Origin: an uncultured archaeon
GTDB taxonomy: Archaea > Aenigmatarchaeota > Aenigmatarchaeia > QMZP01 > QMZT01
NCBI GenBank assembly: GCA_964441265.1
Contig: CAYYKJ010000003.1
Span: 23,428 to 87,427 of the forward strand
Direction of reading: 5' to 3'
DNA: 64,000 bases
The notes under the pieces were generated by a model. That model was not told the origin of the DNA. It did no database searches and was given only the letters and a program-made list of their open reading frames with translations. This document shows, one piece after another, positions 1 through 8,619 of the stretch. The translations under genes were made by a program, and so were the position numbers. Positions within the stretch are counted from its first letter, which is position 1; each line of letters starts with the position of its first letter.

Positions 1-1834
1 AAACCCCTATGGTCTGGGAAGTGTGGATTTCGGTCAGCGGCGTTCCGGAGTCGGTTGTATAACTGGTGTTGCCGGTGAAGTTGTACGTGTCTCCGGTGGT
101 CATGCTAGAATGGGATATGCAGTCGTATGTCAGCTTTATCAGCTCGTTGCTGTCCCTGGCGCCGAGGGAATCGCCCACCGTTCCCCCTCCGCTTAAATCG
201 GCCGCGGAGAAGTCCGGTATGGTGATGTTCACGAGTCCATCTGAGGTCCCGTCACCGGCGGGATCGGTCACCGTGACCGATATGTCCGTGTCGGATGTGT
301 CCAGTTCGTAAGAGCCGGTGTTGTTCACGAAGTAAAGCTGCACAGAGCTCGTATTGGCGTCGAAAGCGCCGTGGAAAAGCCCCGCCGTCGTGTTCGCCGG
401 GACGACCGAAAGCAACACCACCTTTTCGGCGGCGGCGGAGGTGCTTCCCATGTGCGTGGAGTTGTCGTTTATGGTGATTACATCGCCTCCGCTATCCGGG
501 TTTATGGTACCGGATATGGATTTGACGTTGGCCATGTCCACCTTGTAGAGTATGGGCATGTCCAGGGTGGTGTTCACGAAGCCATGGTAGTTGTCCGAAC
601 CGGTGTCGTTCCACTCAGCGTGCCATGCCAAATATACAGTGAAATACGGCTTGCTCGTGGAGCCGGTATTGAACCAGGAGGTGTTCGAAGACCTGTCCTT
701 CTCGGTGGTGTATATCCTCCCGTCTGAGGGCGTCAGAAGCTCGTCGTTGGCGCTCTGGTTGAACTTCCCGCTCTGGTTCGCGGTACCGTAAGGCGCCCCT
801 GTGGAGGGATTTATCTCGTATATCCTCCATTCCGTGACATTGTACGTCAGGGAATGCCCGCTGGAAGGGCTTTCGTTGGCCATGTTCCTCATGAATCCCC
901 TCACCGACCACTCGTTGCTGGAATCCTGGGACATGTCTATGCCCTGCCTCACCGGTCCCTTGGCCGACTTGCTGGAAATGGTGAGCCCGGTCAGAGTTCC
1001 TGACTGGGAATAATCCGCGCTCACTCCGGCCCCCGCCGAATCCGTGTCAATGCTGTTGACGCCAAGACCTATGTGAGTCCCTTCCTCCAGTGTGGCATTC
1101 CAGGTGACGTAGACGATCGATCCCGCGTTCAGGTCTCCTGTCCATACGATCCTGTCGTCGTCAGAGTCTCCTCCGTCTGAGTTGGATACCACGGTCGAGC
1201 CGCTGGTCGAGGAATTGGTGTCTGTATCTATGGACATCACATCATTCGAGCCGCTCGTGTCGGTGCTGAACTGGATCGTGACCTGGGAACTGGGAAGATC
1301 GACAGAAGAGCTTGGGTTCTCGAGGCTCAGGTTGAACTCCAGAGTGTTTTCACTGTTCCCCATGTTATCCGCGTCGAAAATGTCATACCCTCCCTCGCTG
1401 TTGTTGTATATCATCTTAAGCTTTATGACTGGGGCGGCGGTGGTGTTGGTGACATTGTAATAATCGCCGTCGGTCGTTTTGTTGCAAGTAAGCTTGCTCC
1501 TGGAATAGGCGGTGGGATAAGAAGTTATCACGTTCTTGTATGCAGTGGCGTCCTCAAGGTTGGTTTCGTCCGTGGAGGAAAGTGTCACCCTTACCTGCTG
1601 GAGGGTGTCCCAGTCGTTGGGAACGGAAGCCTCCACGTATCCGTAGCGGCAGGGGTTCGCCGCAGGACTGCATTCGGAATACGTGTTGGCGCCCTCTGAC
1701 CCCCATGTACTGTAATTCGCCTTTACCTGCTCCACCACGAAGGCCCTGGGCCCCCAGGCGGCGGAAGAAAAATTAGCCATCAAAATCAAACTTATAACGA
1801 AAACTAGAACACCACAAACGACATTCAACCTCAT
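1..1834 (-). CDS. Secreted or surface glycoprotein-like protein, partial (continues beyond the window start). N-terminal signal/TM segment followed by a long Asn/Ser/Thr-rich region with many N-x-S/T sequons.
   Basis: Manual translation of the minus strand from the ATG at 1834..1832 gives MRLNVVCGVLVFVISLILMANFSSAAWGPRAFVVEQVKANYSTWGSEGANTYSECSPAANPCRYGYVEASVPNDWDTLQQVRVTLSSTDE... as one open frame for the first ~106 codons; beyond that the open frame was not verified codon by codon. Only short plus-strand ORFs are listed for 66..1776. The ORF track does not list it, presumably because it is partial. Confidence 0.5.
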   Translation of the reverse strand, partial: MRLNVVCGVLVFVISLILMANFSSAAWGPRAFVVEQVKANYSTWGSEGANTYSECSPAANPCRYGYVEASVPNDWDTLQQVRVTLSSTDETNLEDATAYKNVITSYPTAYSRSKLTCNKTTDGDYYNVTNTTAAPVIKLKMIYNNSEGGYDIFDADNMGNSENTLEFNLSLENPSSSVDLPSSQVTIQFSTDTSGSNDVMSIDTDTNSSTSGSTVVSNSDGGDSDDDRIVWTGDLNAGSIVYVTWNATLEEGTHIGLGVNSIDTDSAGAGVSADYSQSGTLTGLTISSKSAKGPVRQGIDMSQDSSNEWSVRGFMRNMANESPSSGHSLTYNVTEWRIYEINPSTGAPYGTANQSGKFNQSANDELLTPSDGRIYTTEKDRSSNTSWFNTGSTSKPYFTVYLAWHAEWNDTGSDNYHGFVNTTLDMPILYKVDMANVKSISGTINPDSGGDVITINDNSTHMGSTSAAAEKVVLLSVVPANTTAGLFHGAFDANTSSVQLYFVNNTGSYELDTSDTDISVTVTDPAGDGTSDGLVNITIPDFSAADLSGGGTVGDSLGARDSNELIKLTYDCISHSSMTTGDTYNFTGNTSYTTDSGTPLTEIHTSQTIGV

Positions 1835-1927
1835 AAGCCACCCCAAATATTCATAGGCCGAAAAACGACCGGAATACATTCAAACATTTATATAGAATAA
1901 TTGGAGCATTAGCTATAAAAATATTCA

Positions 1928-2854
1928 TTGTCTCAAAAGCACCCTCCGGGCCACAAAGGCGGGGAAAATCATATTTATATGTCCTTCGCACAAAAGATTT
2001 CCATGGCACCTGGCATCGAGACTCTGCTGCAGACCGTGTATGCATGGATAATGGGCTTCATTGAGGGCTTTCTGCCCAAATATGTTCTGCCCAACCTGCA
2101 GCTCATAATACAGATAATACTGATACTTCTGGTAGGGTACATAATAGGTAAGGCGGCCAAGGCGATCGCCAGGAAGATACTCAACGTGGCCGGTCTCAAG
2201 CGCATAACCTCCAAGAGCCTGACGGAAGATATACTGAAGATAACCGGATACAAGGGAAACATAGTGGAGCTGATAGGTGACCTGGTCAAATGGACCATAT
2301 ACATAATCACGCTCGCAGTGGTGGTCCAGGTCCTCGGATTCACCACCGTCTCCCTCATATTCAACCAGATACTCATCATAGTTCCCAGGTTCATAGTGGC
2401 CATACTGGTCATCGTCATAGGGTTCATAATAGCCGATTTCTTCAGCAAGATATTCGAGGAGGCCGCCTCGAGGATGCTGGGAGAGGAAACCCTGAGCAAG
2501 TTCTCCGGGGGGCTGATAAAATACAGCGTCTCCATGATAGCCATAGTAATCGCCCTGGCCCTGATAGGGCTGGACATCACCGCCATCGTCATACTCTTCG
2601 GGGCCATACTGGTGATAGTGATAATCATAACCACCTTCGGAATGAAGGACCTCATCCCCAACTTCACCGCAGGGCTTTCCCTGAGGGGGGACTTCAGGGT
2701 GGGCGAAAAGGTAAAGATCAGAAACTGCTCCGGGAAGCTGGTGAAGATCGGCCCGTATTCGGCCGAGCTTACGGACGGGAAGAGGACTTTCAGGGTGCCG
2801 AATTCGGTCCTCTACAACGAGATATCCGAAAAGGGTGTCAGCGGAAAGGAATAG
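1928..2854 (+). CDS. MscS-family small-conductance mechanosensitive channel
   Basis: 308 aa with three N-terminal TM helices and the MscS-like core ...LSLRGDFRVGEKVKIRNCSGKLVKIGPYSAELTDGKRTFRVPNSVLYNEIS (beta-domain pattern). Confidence 0.7.
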   Translation: MSQKHPPGHKGGENHIYMSFAQKISMAPGIETLLQTVYAWIMGFIEGFLPKYVLPNLQLIIQIILILLVGYIIGKAAKAIARKILNVAGLKRITSKSLTEDILKITGYKGNIVELIGDLVKWTIYIITLAVVVQVLGFTTVSLIFNQILIIVPRFIVAILVIVIGFIIADFFSKIFEEAASRMLGEETLSKFSGGLIKYSVSMIAIVIALALIGLDITAIVILFGAILVIVIIITTFGMKDLIPNFTAGLSLRGDFRVGEKVKIRNCSGKLVKIGPYSAELTDGKRTFRVPNSVLYNEISEKGVSGKE

Positions 2855-3112
2855 ATTCGCCCCGCAAAGAAAATCCTATTTCTTCTTGAGTAATTTGTCA
2901 AGCTTCTTGTCTATCCGGTTCATCCTTTCCTTCATGTCATCCCACGCCTCCAGCATTATCCGTGGGGCGGCTTGGGCCGGAACCTCGCAGGGACGGGCTT
3001 CCTGTCCCTCAGAAAATGGACGATCTCCCTGTTTATCAGCCTGTAATATTTCTTCCCCTGCTTCCATTCGGATTCCACGAGGCCTATTTCCTGAAGGAGA
3101 TTCAGGTGAAAG

Positions 3113-3532
3113 TCAATCGTCTGCGGTCTCTTTCCCCGTTCTATCGTAGTATTGCAGATTTTTTATGACATTTTCGGCACAACCCCGTATGAGTTCCCTT
3201 GCTATTCTCAACCTCTTCCCGTGATCGGTGTAATGCCCCACTTGCTTTATCAAAAGATCCCCCGACAAAAGCTTTTCGCGGGGATAATAACTGCCTTCGT
3301 AATTTTCATACTTGCCAAAAAAATGTATGGGCACGCCATGCTTTGAGAGGTACGAAACGACACCAGAGGAAAAACTCAGTCGACCATGGGCATATATTGA
3401 ATATATCTTCTCTATGGGGAGGATTCTCCTTTCCATCTTCCCCTCTTCGTTGTTTCTGACAAAATAAACTGTGTTCTGCTTTCTTTTGAGTATGCCGTCC
3501 TTTGTTATGAAAAAATTGACCTTCATTTCCAT
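3113..3532 (-). pseudogene. cas1: cas1 N-terminal fragment, 139 aa, truncated before the catalytic domain
   Basis: YFVRNNEEGKMERRILPIEKIYSIYAHGRLSFSSGVVSYLSKHGVPIHFFGKYENYEGSYYP...LLIKQVGHYTDHGKRLRIARELIRGCAENVIKNL matches the Cas1 N-terminal beta-sandwich domain and the first helices. The ORF stops about 190 aa short of a full Cas1, and no cas2 follows. Confidence 0.7.
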
Positions 3533-3551
3533 ACCACCGATTATGTGACAA

Positions 3552-4952
3552 CTAAAGCTTATCCATAGCTATTATTTCTACCCCGAACTTCTCTCCGGCT
3601 TTCCCGGGCCCATCAAAACCAGAGCACACTATTATGAATTTCTCCGAGAAGTTTAAGCTGGCATTTATTTTTGATGATTTCTCCTTAAGGGATTTGGATA
3701 TCCTTTCAATGTCCCTGTCTTTGAGGCGACCAAGTTTGGCTTCGCCAATCAGAAGCTTCCTGCCTATCCTGTCTATGCCCAGTATGTCCACCTCAGACTT
3801 CCTGTCCCACCAGCGGCCGAATATGTAGTCCTTATATTTGTCCATATGAACAAGTTCAGATATTGCTACTTCTTCAAACGCATGCCCTGCGAATGAACCG
3901 AGTTCCATTAATATCTTATTATCCACAAGGTTTTCCTGCCGGCCCTGTTCGACATATTCCAGATTTTCAAAAACAAACCTGAACCAGAATCTGAAGAAGT
4001 TGTCCTTTATGACATATATGCCATTCCTCGAGCGGGAAGCGTTTTTTTCTGTTACCGGAACCCTTCTTTCAATAATGTGTAGGTTTGACAGCGTATCCAA
4101 ATATTTGTTGACAAAAGACTTCTCAAAGCCCGTGTCGTTAACTATCTGGCCGGGCCTTGTATTTCCCTTTGATATCGAGTATAATATGGAGAAATAGTTT
4201 TTTGGCTCTTTCAGTTCCTCTCTCAGGGTGAAGAGGACGTCCTGGAAAAGGAACCTGTTTTTCATCAGTACATTCCGAAGGATATTCTCCCTTATGCCTT
4301 TGTCGAAGTTAAACTCAAGCAGGTATGCCGGCATGCCGCCGAGCACGGCGTAATTCATCACCTTTTCCCTGAAGGGCATTCTTTCCGGGAAAAAGCGGCA
4401 CGCGTCCCTGAAATTAAGCGGCTCCAGCAGCATCTGCTCAGTTCTCCTGCCATATATGGGGCTTTTATGTCCGAGGAGCCTCTCCATCATCGACATTGAC
4501 GAGCCGCACAGCACGATAAATGCATTTTTTTCCGAAAGGTTATTATCCCAATGGTCCTGAAGTATGGAAGTCACCTTCTTCGAGGACTGTACCATGTAGG
4601 GAAATTCATCGAAAACAACCGGCATCCTGGGTTTTGACGCAATATAAGCGAAAAGTGCGTCCCAACTGGAGAAGGGGCTCAGCCTGAGCACGTCATCATT
4701 GAAAAACTCCGCCACCGAGCGACTGGCGCTCCTCAGTTGTTCCCTCTCTGATTCCTGCCTGGCAAGTATGTACAGCCCTTTATGTTTTTTGAGGAATTCC
4801 TTCAAGAGTTCTGTCTTCCCGACCCTTCTTCTCCCGTAAAGTATTATGAGCTTTGGGGCACCTTTTTCATAAAGTCCGTTCAAAAGCTTCAGTTCAGATA
4901 CCCTGTTTTTGAAATTTGCGCCCTTTGCTCTGTTGGATTTAGTATACTTCAT
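3552..4952 (-). CDS. AAA+ ATPase of the archaeal-ATPase type with a C-terminal DUF234-like PD-(D/E)xK nuclease-fold domain
   Basis: Walker A motif LILYGRRRVGKTELL. The C-terminus ...SEVDILGIDRIGRKLLIGEAKLG... shows a D...EAK nuclease-like motif. It lies 40 bp downstream of cas4 and 20 bp upstream of the cas1 fragment. Confidence 0.7.
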   Translation of the reverse strand: MKYTKSNRAKGANFKNRVSELKLLNGLYEKGAPKLIILYGRRRVGKTELLKEFLKKHKGLYILARQESEREQLRSASRSVAEFFNDDVLRLSPFSSWDALFAYIASKPRMPVVFDEFPYMVQSSKKVTSILQDHWDNNLSEKNAFIVLCGSSMSMMERLLGHKSPIYGRRTEQMLLEPLNFRDACRFFPERMPFREKVMNYAVLGGMPAYLLEFNFDKGIRENILRNVLMKNRFLFQDVLFTLREELKEPKNYFSILYSISKGNTRPGQIVNDTGFEKSFVNKYLDTLSNLHIIERRVPVTEKNASRSRNGIYVIKDNFFRFWFRFVFENLEYVEQGRQENLVDNKILMELGSFAGHAFEEVAISELVHMDKYKDYIFGRWWDRKSEVDILGIDRIGRKLLIGEAKLGRLKDRDIERISKSLKEKSSKINASLNFSEKFIIVCSGFDGPGKAGEKFGVEIIAMDKL

Positions 4953-4991
4953 AGTAGTATAATGTATAATATACTATTTAAAGGTTTTTCC

Positions 4992-5543
4992 TCACTTCAC
5001 CCAGCAAAATTCAAAATAGCTGCATTTTCTACACATTTTCCTCTTTTCTGGTTCCGGTGGCTTCTCCATTGAAACTATATCACTTATATTTCTCAGGATG
5101 TCTTTTATTCTAGTTTCATTGTCCTCGGTAAGAATGATGGATTTTGTCTTCCTTAATTTGGGGTAATCTATCACCCCCTCAGCATCTACGCCTTTCTGTT
5201 TGAGATAATAAAGGTAATACAGGAGCTGGCAGACGTGGGCGTCTTCCATCTTGTTTGACTTCTTGATGTCGTGGAGCAACAGCTTGCCGCCTCTTTTCAT
5301 GAAATCTATGGATATCCTGGAATCTATCATTATTTCTTTCTTGGCGCCGGCATAGCTTGCTTCATGAATCACCCTGCCCATGGCCACGGCATCGGATTCG
5401 CGCTCCTGCCTTATGAAATGCGAGAAATACCAGAGTTTGGTGGGGCATATCACGTAATAGTTTACCTGCGTCCCTGTGAAGACACATTGCTTCGAAATCA
5501 TACGAATGGCCTCAGAACTCAAGAATCTCATCAACAAATGCAC
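4992..5543 (-). CDS. cas4: Cas4 RecB-like nuclease, apparently intact
   Basis: N-terminal FTGTQVNYYVICPTKLW, a QLLYYLYYLKQKG (QxxxY) motif, an IDF...LLHDIKK (D...DxK) motif, and a C-terminal CRKCSYFEFC cysteine cluster. All four Fe-S cluster cysteines are present. Confidence 0.8.
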   Translation of the reverse strand: MHLLMRFLSSEAIRMISKQCVFTGTQVNYYVICPTKLWYFSHFIRQERESDAVAMGRVIHEASYAGAKKEIMIDSRISIDFMKRGGKLLLHDIKKSNKMEDAHVCQLLYYLYYLKQKGVDAEGVIDYPKLRKTKSIILTEDNETRIKDILRNISDIVSMEKPPEPEKRKMCRKCSYFEFCWVK

Positions 5544-6882
5544 AGAAGACCAATGCAGGAATCAGCATTATATTGATGTTCTTGTCTTTAACTATCCTGA
5601 AATCGCTCTTTGTTATTATGAATCCACTGCTGCATCCGATCTTCCTCATCTCTTCTTTTACTTTCTTGATGTCCTTTTTTGTTACCCTTTCCCTGTATTT
5701 GACCTCGATTAACGTCGTCTTTTCGCCTTTGACCACAAAATCTATCTCACCGTTGCTTCTGAGATACGTCATCCTCTTTCCATGCTTCGAACAACTGATG
5801 AAACAGTGAACTCCCACTATGTTTTCAATGACAAACCCTTCGTTGTCTTCCTTTATCTCATAGTCCCTGAGCAATGAGTTCCTTATGCCCTGGTCCACGC
5901 ACAGGAATTTCTTTTTGGATTTCAGCTGCTCCTTAACCGTTTTGGCAAGCTTCAGTATTTCGATTATGAGATAGGATGATTTCAAATACTCTATATAATT
6001 TGTGAGTATCTCATGCTTCAGCCTTGCCGCCTCGTTTATTTTTTCATAGCTTAATATCCTTGACTGGTTTGCAATGATGAAAACGAAAATCTGCTCCAGA
6101 ATCTTTGCATTCCTTATTCTGAAAGTAGTCGTTATGTCCTCGTATATCGCCTTGTTTGAAATTGAGTTTTTCAGTATTCTGAACCAGTCCCTGAAGTCTT
6201 TCACCTCAAAGAATTCGGGAAATCCTCCTGCAAGCATGTACTGCCTGAAATCCTTTTTGTACGCATCAAGGATTTTATCAACCGAAACGGCATCTGTTTT
6301 AAAATGAGTGACCTCCGTCCCCTTAAGCTCCATGAACTGCCTGAAGGACAAGGGCCATACCTCATGCAGAATGTATCTGCCCCTCAGGTACCTGTTGGCT
6401 TCTTTTTGCAGGGTCAGGCTTGACGAACCCGAAATGAATATCTTTATGTCTTTGTGTCTGTCGTATGCAACCTTAAGCCATTTGTACCACTCACTAACAA
6501 AATGTACCTCATCGAAAAACACGTATTTTTTACCTTCTTCCGCTATATTTTCCAGCCAGTAATCAAAAATGTCCTTGATAAGGTTATCAGAATATATCTT
6601 AAGATATGGATCCTCAAGAGAATAGTACAGAATGTTCCTGGGCTTTGCTCCCTGCTTGATGAGCCTCGCCATGATGTGCTTCATCAGGACGCTCTTGCCA
6701 ACCCTCCTCGGCCCGGTAATTATGGATATCTTTTTCAGCCGGGCGTCGCTGTGAATCTCCTCGACCTCGTCCCTCTCCAGGGGGTAATCCTCCTTCTCCT
6801 CAACCTTCCCGGTAAGCCAGAACCTGTTCGCCTTCTCAAGCTCCTGCCTGAAGACCCCCCTGTCCTTTATCATATTAACCAT
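5512..6882 (-). CDS. AAA ATPase of the AAA_14/DUF4143 type with a C-terminal PD-(D/E)xK-like domain
   Basis: Walker A motif ISIITGPRRVGKSVLMKHI, Walker B motif VFFDEVH, and a C-terminal GEIDFVVKGEKTTLIEVKYRE nuclease-like motif. Its 3' end overlaps the cas4 start, which suggests an operon. Confidence 0.7.
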   Translation of the reverse strand: MVNMIKDRGVFRQELEKANRFWLTGKVEEKEDYPLERDEVEEIHSDARLKKISIITGPRRVGKSVLMKHIMARLIKQGAKPRNILYYSLEDPYLKIYSDNLIKDIFDYWLENIAEEGKKYVFFDEVHFVSEWYKWLKVAYDRHKDIKIFISGSSSLTLQKEANRYLRGRYILHEVWPLSFRQFMELKGTEVTHFKTDAVSVDKILDAYKKDFRQYMLAGGFPEFFEVKDFRDWFRILKNSISNKAIYEDITTTFRIRNAKILEQIFVFIIANQSRILSYEKINEAARLKHEILTNYIEYLKSSYLIIEILKLAKTVKEQLKSKKKFLCVDQGIRNSLLRDYEIKEDNEGFVIENIVGVHCFISCSKHGKRMTYLRSNGEIDFVVKGEKTTLIEVKYRERVTKKDIKKVKEEMRKIGCSSGFIITKSDFRIVKDKNINIMLIPALVFCAFVDEILEF

Positions 6883-6984
6883 TATAGTGGAACATATTTA
6901 TATATTTTTATGCCAGTATAGTGGGAGAAAAGAAAAAGCAACGTCGAGCTCAAGACTTATAACTTTTGGTGATTTTTTAAGAAA

Positions 6985-7066
6985 GCCTGACCGGGCATAC
7001 AATGTAATGATTTACATGGGTTCCTGTGAAGAGATATTCCTTCGCCAGTAGGTCTTGCATAATACC
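6985..7066 (-). pseudogene. cas4: Remnant of a second cas4 gene (N-terminal 27 codons, then a stop)
   Basis: The minus strand translates to MQDLLAKEYLFTGTHVNHYIVCPVRLS*. Compare the intact Cas4 KQCVFTGTQVNYYVICPTKLW. DNA identity with the 5457..5489 region is about 75%. Confidence 0.5.
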
Positions 7067-7288
7067 TCACACAAGCAATAAAAATAACCAGGCAGGAACA
7101 AACATAATCCTTTTTTGTTTAACTCTTTTTTCTTCCAACCTTTCCCGCGTTCATAACGTATTTTATTTGTATTATGGCACAAGTAACCTTTAAGTCTACT
7201 TGTAGAATCATATAAGTAAATTTTGGCGAGTTTTTGGCACGGCTGTTAGGAAAGCGGGTTTAAGACGGGATCTGATTCGGGTTTTGGG

Positions 7289-8506
7289 TTAGATGATGTT
7301 ATTTCCAAATTGATTTATTTCCTCTTTGTCTATATCTTTTATAACATCGATTCCCTTTTCTCTTATACTGTCCATGGTTTCTTTTTTCTGCTTTTTCATG
7401 ACAAAAAATCCTTTGAATTCATGGGAGACTAATCCCCACTTAAGCCAGGGCTTTGCCAGATAAAATTCTGGCAAATTCACTGAATATTCATACAGTATTT
7501 TCTTTAATTTCCATCTTAGGTTTTTTCTTTCTTGATTATTCTCACTTATTTCGATTCCATCTTTTTGTAACTTGTCTAGTATCTCATTCCAAGAAATATT
7601 ATTATTTTCTCTATCATTAATTATTTTAGCAAATGTTTTTCTCAATTTCACATCATCCTCCTCTTTTTCATTTTCTTCTTGCTCTTCAATCTCCATCAAT
7701 TGAGGAATAACCATTTGCATTCCACCAAGTCTTCTGAAAATTCTTTGGGCGTCACTTCTTTTTTCAGCTGTAAGGTACTTTAAATAATCTAGATTTTTCT
7801 TTATCTCTAGTATGTATTTTGAAGTTAGCGAATTTCCATCCTCCTCCTTTCCAAAAACATCATCGATCAGCTCTCTTTCTTTTTCATAATTGAGCGGTTG
7901 ATTCTCAAATTTCTTTAGAATTTTCACAGTGGATTCCATTACTTCTTCATCATAAATTGCCTTGCTTCCCCTGTCTTTACTGAAATTTGAAAAGACAATT
8001 ATGTTTGGTTCAACGACTTTATTTTCCTTATTCCTATTTATTCTCCCCCATCTCTGAATTTGGCTATCAATAGGGGAAACCTCCGTGATCATAAAATCGA
8101 AGTCTACATCTACAGATGCCTCAACCATCTGAGTAGATACCAAGATTACTTTTTTGCCTTCATCCAACCTCTCTTTAATTTTCTCTATTCTTTTACCTTT
8201 TACTTTCTCTGTTAGCCGTGAATTTAGCAAGAAAAAGCCGTCTTCTTCATTTTTTCCAAATTTTTCATAAAGTTCTATTGATTTTTTTACATTGTTTACT
8301 ATTATCATGGTACTGACTTCGTTTTCTTTAAAATCCTTCACCGGGAATATATTGGAAAAGCAGAAGTATTTGTATGTCCTTTTGTCGTGAAGCTCATCAT
8401 AGGCACTGCCCTTCAATAATTTATAGAAAAAACCCTGCAATTTTTTATAATACAACATATCATAAACACAATCCTTCTCAACATTGAAATTCAGGAGAAT
8501 TCTCAT
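7289..8506 (-). pseudogene. cas3: In-frame fusion of a Cas6 N-terminus (about 58 aa) to the Cas3 helicase C-terminal half. This is a remnant of a type I-B-like cas operon.
   Basis: The N-terminus MRILLNFNVEKDCVYDMLYYKKLQGFFYKLLKGSAYDELHDKRTYKYFCFSNIFP looks like a Cas6 N-terminus with the F-x-F-S motif. It is followed by MIIVNNVKKSIELYEKFG...FFLLNSRLTEKVKGKRIEKIKERLDEGKKVILVSTQMVEASVDVDFDFMITEVSPIDSQIQRWGRINR, which matches Cas3 helicase motifs IV to VI plus the Cas3 C-terminal domain. The HD domain, Walker A and DEAH motifs are absent. Confidence 0.65.
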
Positions 8507-8619
8507 TCAATCGCTTGATTTTTGGATTATTATTATAAAAGTTTTCTATGGGAAAAACAGAAATATTACGGCGCCGTATTATTTCGAAATACAGCCCGCA
8601 AATAAACGTTAGTTGCCGC

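Noticed and set aside
2855-3112. Search for the missing C-terminal part of cas1, cas2 or a CRISPR array right after the Cas1 fragment
   Set aside because: No Cas1 catalytic-domain or Cas2-like translation appears in any frame, and no repeats are present. The 63-aa ORF 2876..3067 has no Cas-like features.
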